A DNA stretch of 64,000 nucleotides from the human T2T-CHM13v2.0 reference genome, Homo sapiens. The DNA is taken from the NCBI RefSeq assembly GCF_009914755.1, contig NC_060934.1; one strand, 5' to 3'. The position numbers were made by a program, and so were the translations under genes. The notes beneath the pieces are model-generated. The model saw nothing but the letters and a program-made list of their open reading frames with translations. It had not been told where the DNA came from and ran no database searches. Positions 60,301 to 64,000 of the stretch are shown piece after piece (positions within the stretch are counted from its first letter, which is position 1; each line of letters starts with the position of its first letter).

Positions 60301-63300
60301 ACATATCTGAGGAAAAAATTCAAGAAAATATTCTCAATTTTGCTAGAGATGTTGACATGCATACACCAGAAATCCAGAGAACCCCTGTTATATACTATAA
60401 AGACAGCCATCCCCAAGACACATAGTCGTTAGACTATCTAAAGTTAACACAAAAGAAAAAACAAATCTCAGACACAGCTAGAGAAAAGAGCAACACTACC
60501 TACAAAGGGAACCCATCAGACTAACAGTGGACTTCTCAGAAGAAACCTTACAATCCAGCAGAGATTAGAGGTCTATTTTTAGTACTCTAAAAGGAATGAC
60601 ATTCCAGCATAAACATTCATATTCTTCAAAACTAAGCTTCATAAACGAAGGAGAAATTGAGTCTTTCTGAGTCAAGCAATCGGTAAGGGAATTTATCACC
60701 ACCAGACTAGCCCTGCAGAAATGCTTAAGGGAGTTCTAAATGTGGACATGAAAGAACAATACACAGAAAAAGCACAGTTAAGTACATAGTCCACAGACTC
60801 TATAAAGCAACTACACAATTGAGACTGCAAAGAAACTAGCTAACAAAACTATGACAGGAACACAATCTCACATATCAATGTTAACCTTGAACATAAATGG
60901 CCTAAATCCTCCACTTAAAAGACATAGAGTGGCAAATTGGAATAAAAAAATCAGAATCACCCATCTGCTGTCTTCAAGAGACCCATCTCACAAGTAATGA
61001 CACTCATGGGTTCAAAGTAAAGGGATAGAGAAAGATTAATCATGCAAATGGAAAACAAAAAAGAGCAGGAGTTTCTATTCTCATGTCAGAGAAAACAGAT
61101 CTTCAGCCAAAAACAGAAACAAGGACAAAAAAAGTTATTGCATAATGACAAAGGGCTCAATTCAATAAGAATAATTAACTATCTTAAATAAATATGCACC
61201 CAACATTAATTGGAGCATCACGATACATAAAGAAATCACTACTAGACCTAAGAGGTAGACAGCCCCTCAGTAATAACTGGGAACTTCAACACTCCACTGA
61301 CAGTGGTAGATAGATTATTGAGGCAGAAATCTAAACAAATAAATTCTGGACTTAAATTTGCCACTTGACCAATTGAACCTAATAGACATCTACAGAATAC
61401 TCTACCCAACAACCACAATATACATATATATTTCCCATCTTCACATGGAACATACTCTAAGAGTGATCACATATGCAGTTATAAAGCAAGTGTCAAGAAA
61501 TAAAAAAAATCAGATAATATCAAGCATCTTCTTGGACCGCAGTAGAATAAAAATAGAAATCAATAGCAAGAGGAACTCTAAAACACAGACACGCACACAC
61601 AAACACACACGGAAACTAAAGAAATTACTCTTGAATGACTTTTGTTTGGGTAAACAATAAAATTAAAGCAGAAATCCAAGAATTTTTTAAACAAATGAAA
61701 ATAGAGACACAATGAACAAAAACCTCTGGGATGCAATAATGGCAGTTTAAAAAGGAAAGATTATAGTGCTAAATACCTACATCAAAAAGATAGAAATATC
61801 TCAAATTAACAACCTAACATTGCACCTAAAGCAAGTAGTAAAACAAGAAAAAAAACTATATCCAAATATAGCATAAGAAAAGAAATAACAAAAATAAGAA
61901 CAGGACTGAATAAAATTGAGACTCAAAAATCCACACAAAGGATCAACAAAATGAAAAGTTGGTTCTTTGAAAGTGTAAACAAAATTGATAGACTGCAAGC
62001 AAGATTAACAAAAAAGATCCAAATAAGCACAATCAGCCATAACAAAGGCGACATTCACTCGAGTCCCACAGAGATTCAAAAGATTCTCAGAGACTACTAT
62101 GAACATTTCTATGTGCACAACTAGATAATCTAGAAGAAATGAATACATTCCTGGAAACACACAACCTCCCAAGATTGAACCAGGAAGAACCTGAAACACT
62201 GAACAGACCAACAATGAATTACAGAATGAATTGAATAAGTAATAGAAGCCTGGGACTAGATGAATTCATAGCTGAATTCTACCAGACACACAAAGGGGAG
62301 CTCATGCCAATCCTACTGAAACTATTCCAAAAAATCGAGGACGAGAGATTCTCCTCTGACTTACTCTACAAAACCTATATCATCATGATACCAAAATATG
62401 GCAAATACTCACACAAAAAACAAAACCCTAGGCCAATATATCTGATGAACATAGTTGAAAAAAATCCTCAACAAAGTACTTGCAAACCACATTCAGCAGC
62501 ACATCAAAAAGATAATACAATATCAAGTGAACTTTATTCCTGGGATGTAAGGGTTGTTCAAATATATACAAATCAGTTAATGTGATTCACCACATAAACA
62601 GAATTTAAAATGAAAAAAAAAAACATAAGATTATCTCCACAGATGCAGGTAAAACATTTGATAAACTCCAACATGCCTTCATAATTAAAACCCTCAATAG
62701 ACTAGGCATTCAAAGAACATACCTAAAATAATAAGAACCATCTATTGACAAACCTAGTCTACATTATACTAAACAGGCAAAAGTTGGAAGAATTCCCATA
62801 AGAACAAGAACAATACAAGAATATCCACTTTCACCATTCTTATTCAACTTAGTACTGGAAGCCCTAGCCAGAATGATCAGACAAAAGCAAGAAACAAAAG
62901 GAATCCAAATAGGAAAAGAGGAAATTAAATTTTATTTCTTCACTGATGATAGGATTCTATACCTAGAAAACCCTAATGATTCTGACCAAAGACTCCTAGA
63001 GTTGATTAAAAATTTCAGTAAAGTTTTAAGATAAGAAATCAATATACAAAAAGCAGTAGTATTTCTATACAATGCAATATTCAAACTGAGAACCAAATCA
63101 AGAACACAATCCCATTTACAAGAGCCACAGAAAAAAAAAAAGAAATACTTAGGAATACCTCTATCCAAGGAGGTAAAAGATCTCTTTAAGTAGAACTACA
63201 AAACACTGCTGAATGAAATCATAGATGACACAAACAAATGGAAAAATATTACATGCTTATGGATTGGAAGAATCAACATCATTAAAATGTCTTTACTGCC

Positions 63301-64000
63301 CAAAGCAATCTACAAATTCAGTGCAGTTCCTATCAAACTGCCAAAGTTATTTTTACACAGAATTAGAAAATCAATTCTAAAATTTGTATTTAACTAAAAA
63401 AGAGCCTGAATAGCCAAAGCAATCTTAAGCTAAAAGAACAAAGGCAGGGGCAACACATTACCTGACTTCAAACTATACTACGAGGCTACAATAACCAAAA
63501 TAGCATGGTTTGGGTACAAAAATAGACACATAGACCAATGGAACAAAATAGAGAATCCAGAAATGAAGTCCCATACCTACAACCAACTGATCTTTAACAA
63601 AATTGATAAAAATACAATGGGGCAAGGATACCCTATTCAATTAATGGTGCTGGGAAAACTGGCTAACCATATTCGGAAGAATGAAATTAGACTCCTGTCT
63701 CTCACCATATAAAAAAATTAACTCAAGATTGATTAAAGACTTAAATGTAAAACTTTAAACTATAAGAAGCCTAGAATTAGACCTAAGAAGCTCTTTTGGA
63801 TATTGGCCTATGCAAAGAATTTATGACTAAGTACTAAAACACAAAAGCAACAAAAACAAAAGTTGACAAGTGAGACCAAATTAAACTAAAGAGCTTCTGC
63901 ACACTTGCATGTTATATTGCAAATATGAAATAGCAAAGACATGGAATCAACATTGGTTTCCAACAATGGTGGATTGGATAAAGAAACTATGATGCATATA
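57372..64000 (+). mobile_element. Long degenerate L1 (L1PB/L1MA age): 5' UTR, ORF1 relic ~59790-60760, ORF2 relic from ATG 60851; runs off the window
   Basis: ORF2 start atgacaggaacacaatctcacatatcaatgttaaccttgaac (endonuclease N-terminus). RT region ctgatgataggattctatacctagaaaaccc. Many stops and frameshifts, and an apparent internal deletion near 63903. Confidence 0.9.
59213..59735 (+). mobile_element. MLT2A (HERV-L) solo LTR inserted in the L1
   Basis: tgtgatggttaatactgagtgtcaacttgattg...ctgactaataca. Imperfect TSD agccc / aaccc. Confidence 0.9.

Noticed and set aside
60851-64000. L1 ORF2 as an active reverse transcriptase
   Set aside because: Many stops and frameshifts and an internal deletion; the longest ORF fragments are ~100 aa.

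Overview
This is human (primate) genomic DNA from the chr10q22-q23 NUTM2 segmental-duplication family. The best match, from recalled protein sequences rather than a search, is the LINC00863/NUTM2A-AS1 - NUTM2D - CTSLP1 locus. Layout: (1) a CpG-island promoter at 1-~900 with a short AGG-interrupted CGG tract; (2) an AT-rich, repeat-filled block to ~12070; (3) a GC-rich block with a second CpG island and a complete 7-exon + strand NUT-family gene (CDS 15874-24532; 2421 nt spliced = 806 aa); (4) a mosaic intergenic block where several Alus are cut off abruptly; (5) an unprocessed - strand cathepsin L duplicate (44284-47802). Its 7 coding exons splice to 333 codons plus stop, with an intact Cys/His/Asn triad and one nonsense codon (W52*); (6) repeats, ending in a long old L1 that carries an MLT2 LTR. 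No prokaryotic-type system, tRNA, rRNA or CRISPR array was seen, and most short ORFs in the track are noise. Best leads: a perfect 33-bp intronic inverted repeat bracketing NUTM2 exons 3-4; a strong 3' splice site inside NUTM2D 'exon 1' that would bypass its frameshift and give a MASNG start; the single-stop cathepsin L copy, which could re-initiate at Met58 as a signal-less protein; and a probable paralog of the OPML CGG repeat. All of these are hypotheses to test, not demonstrated systems.
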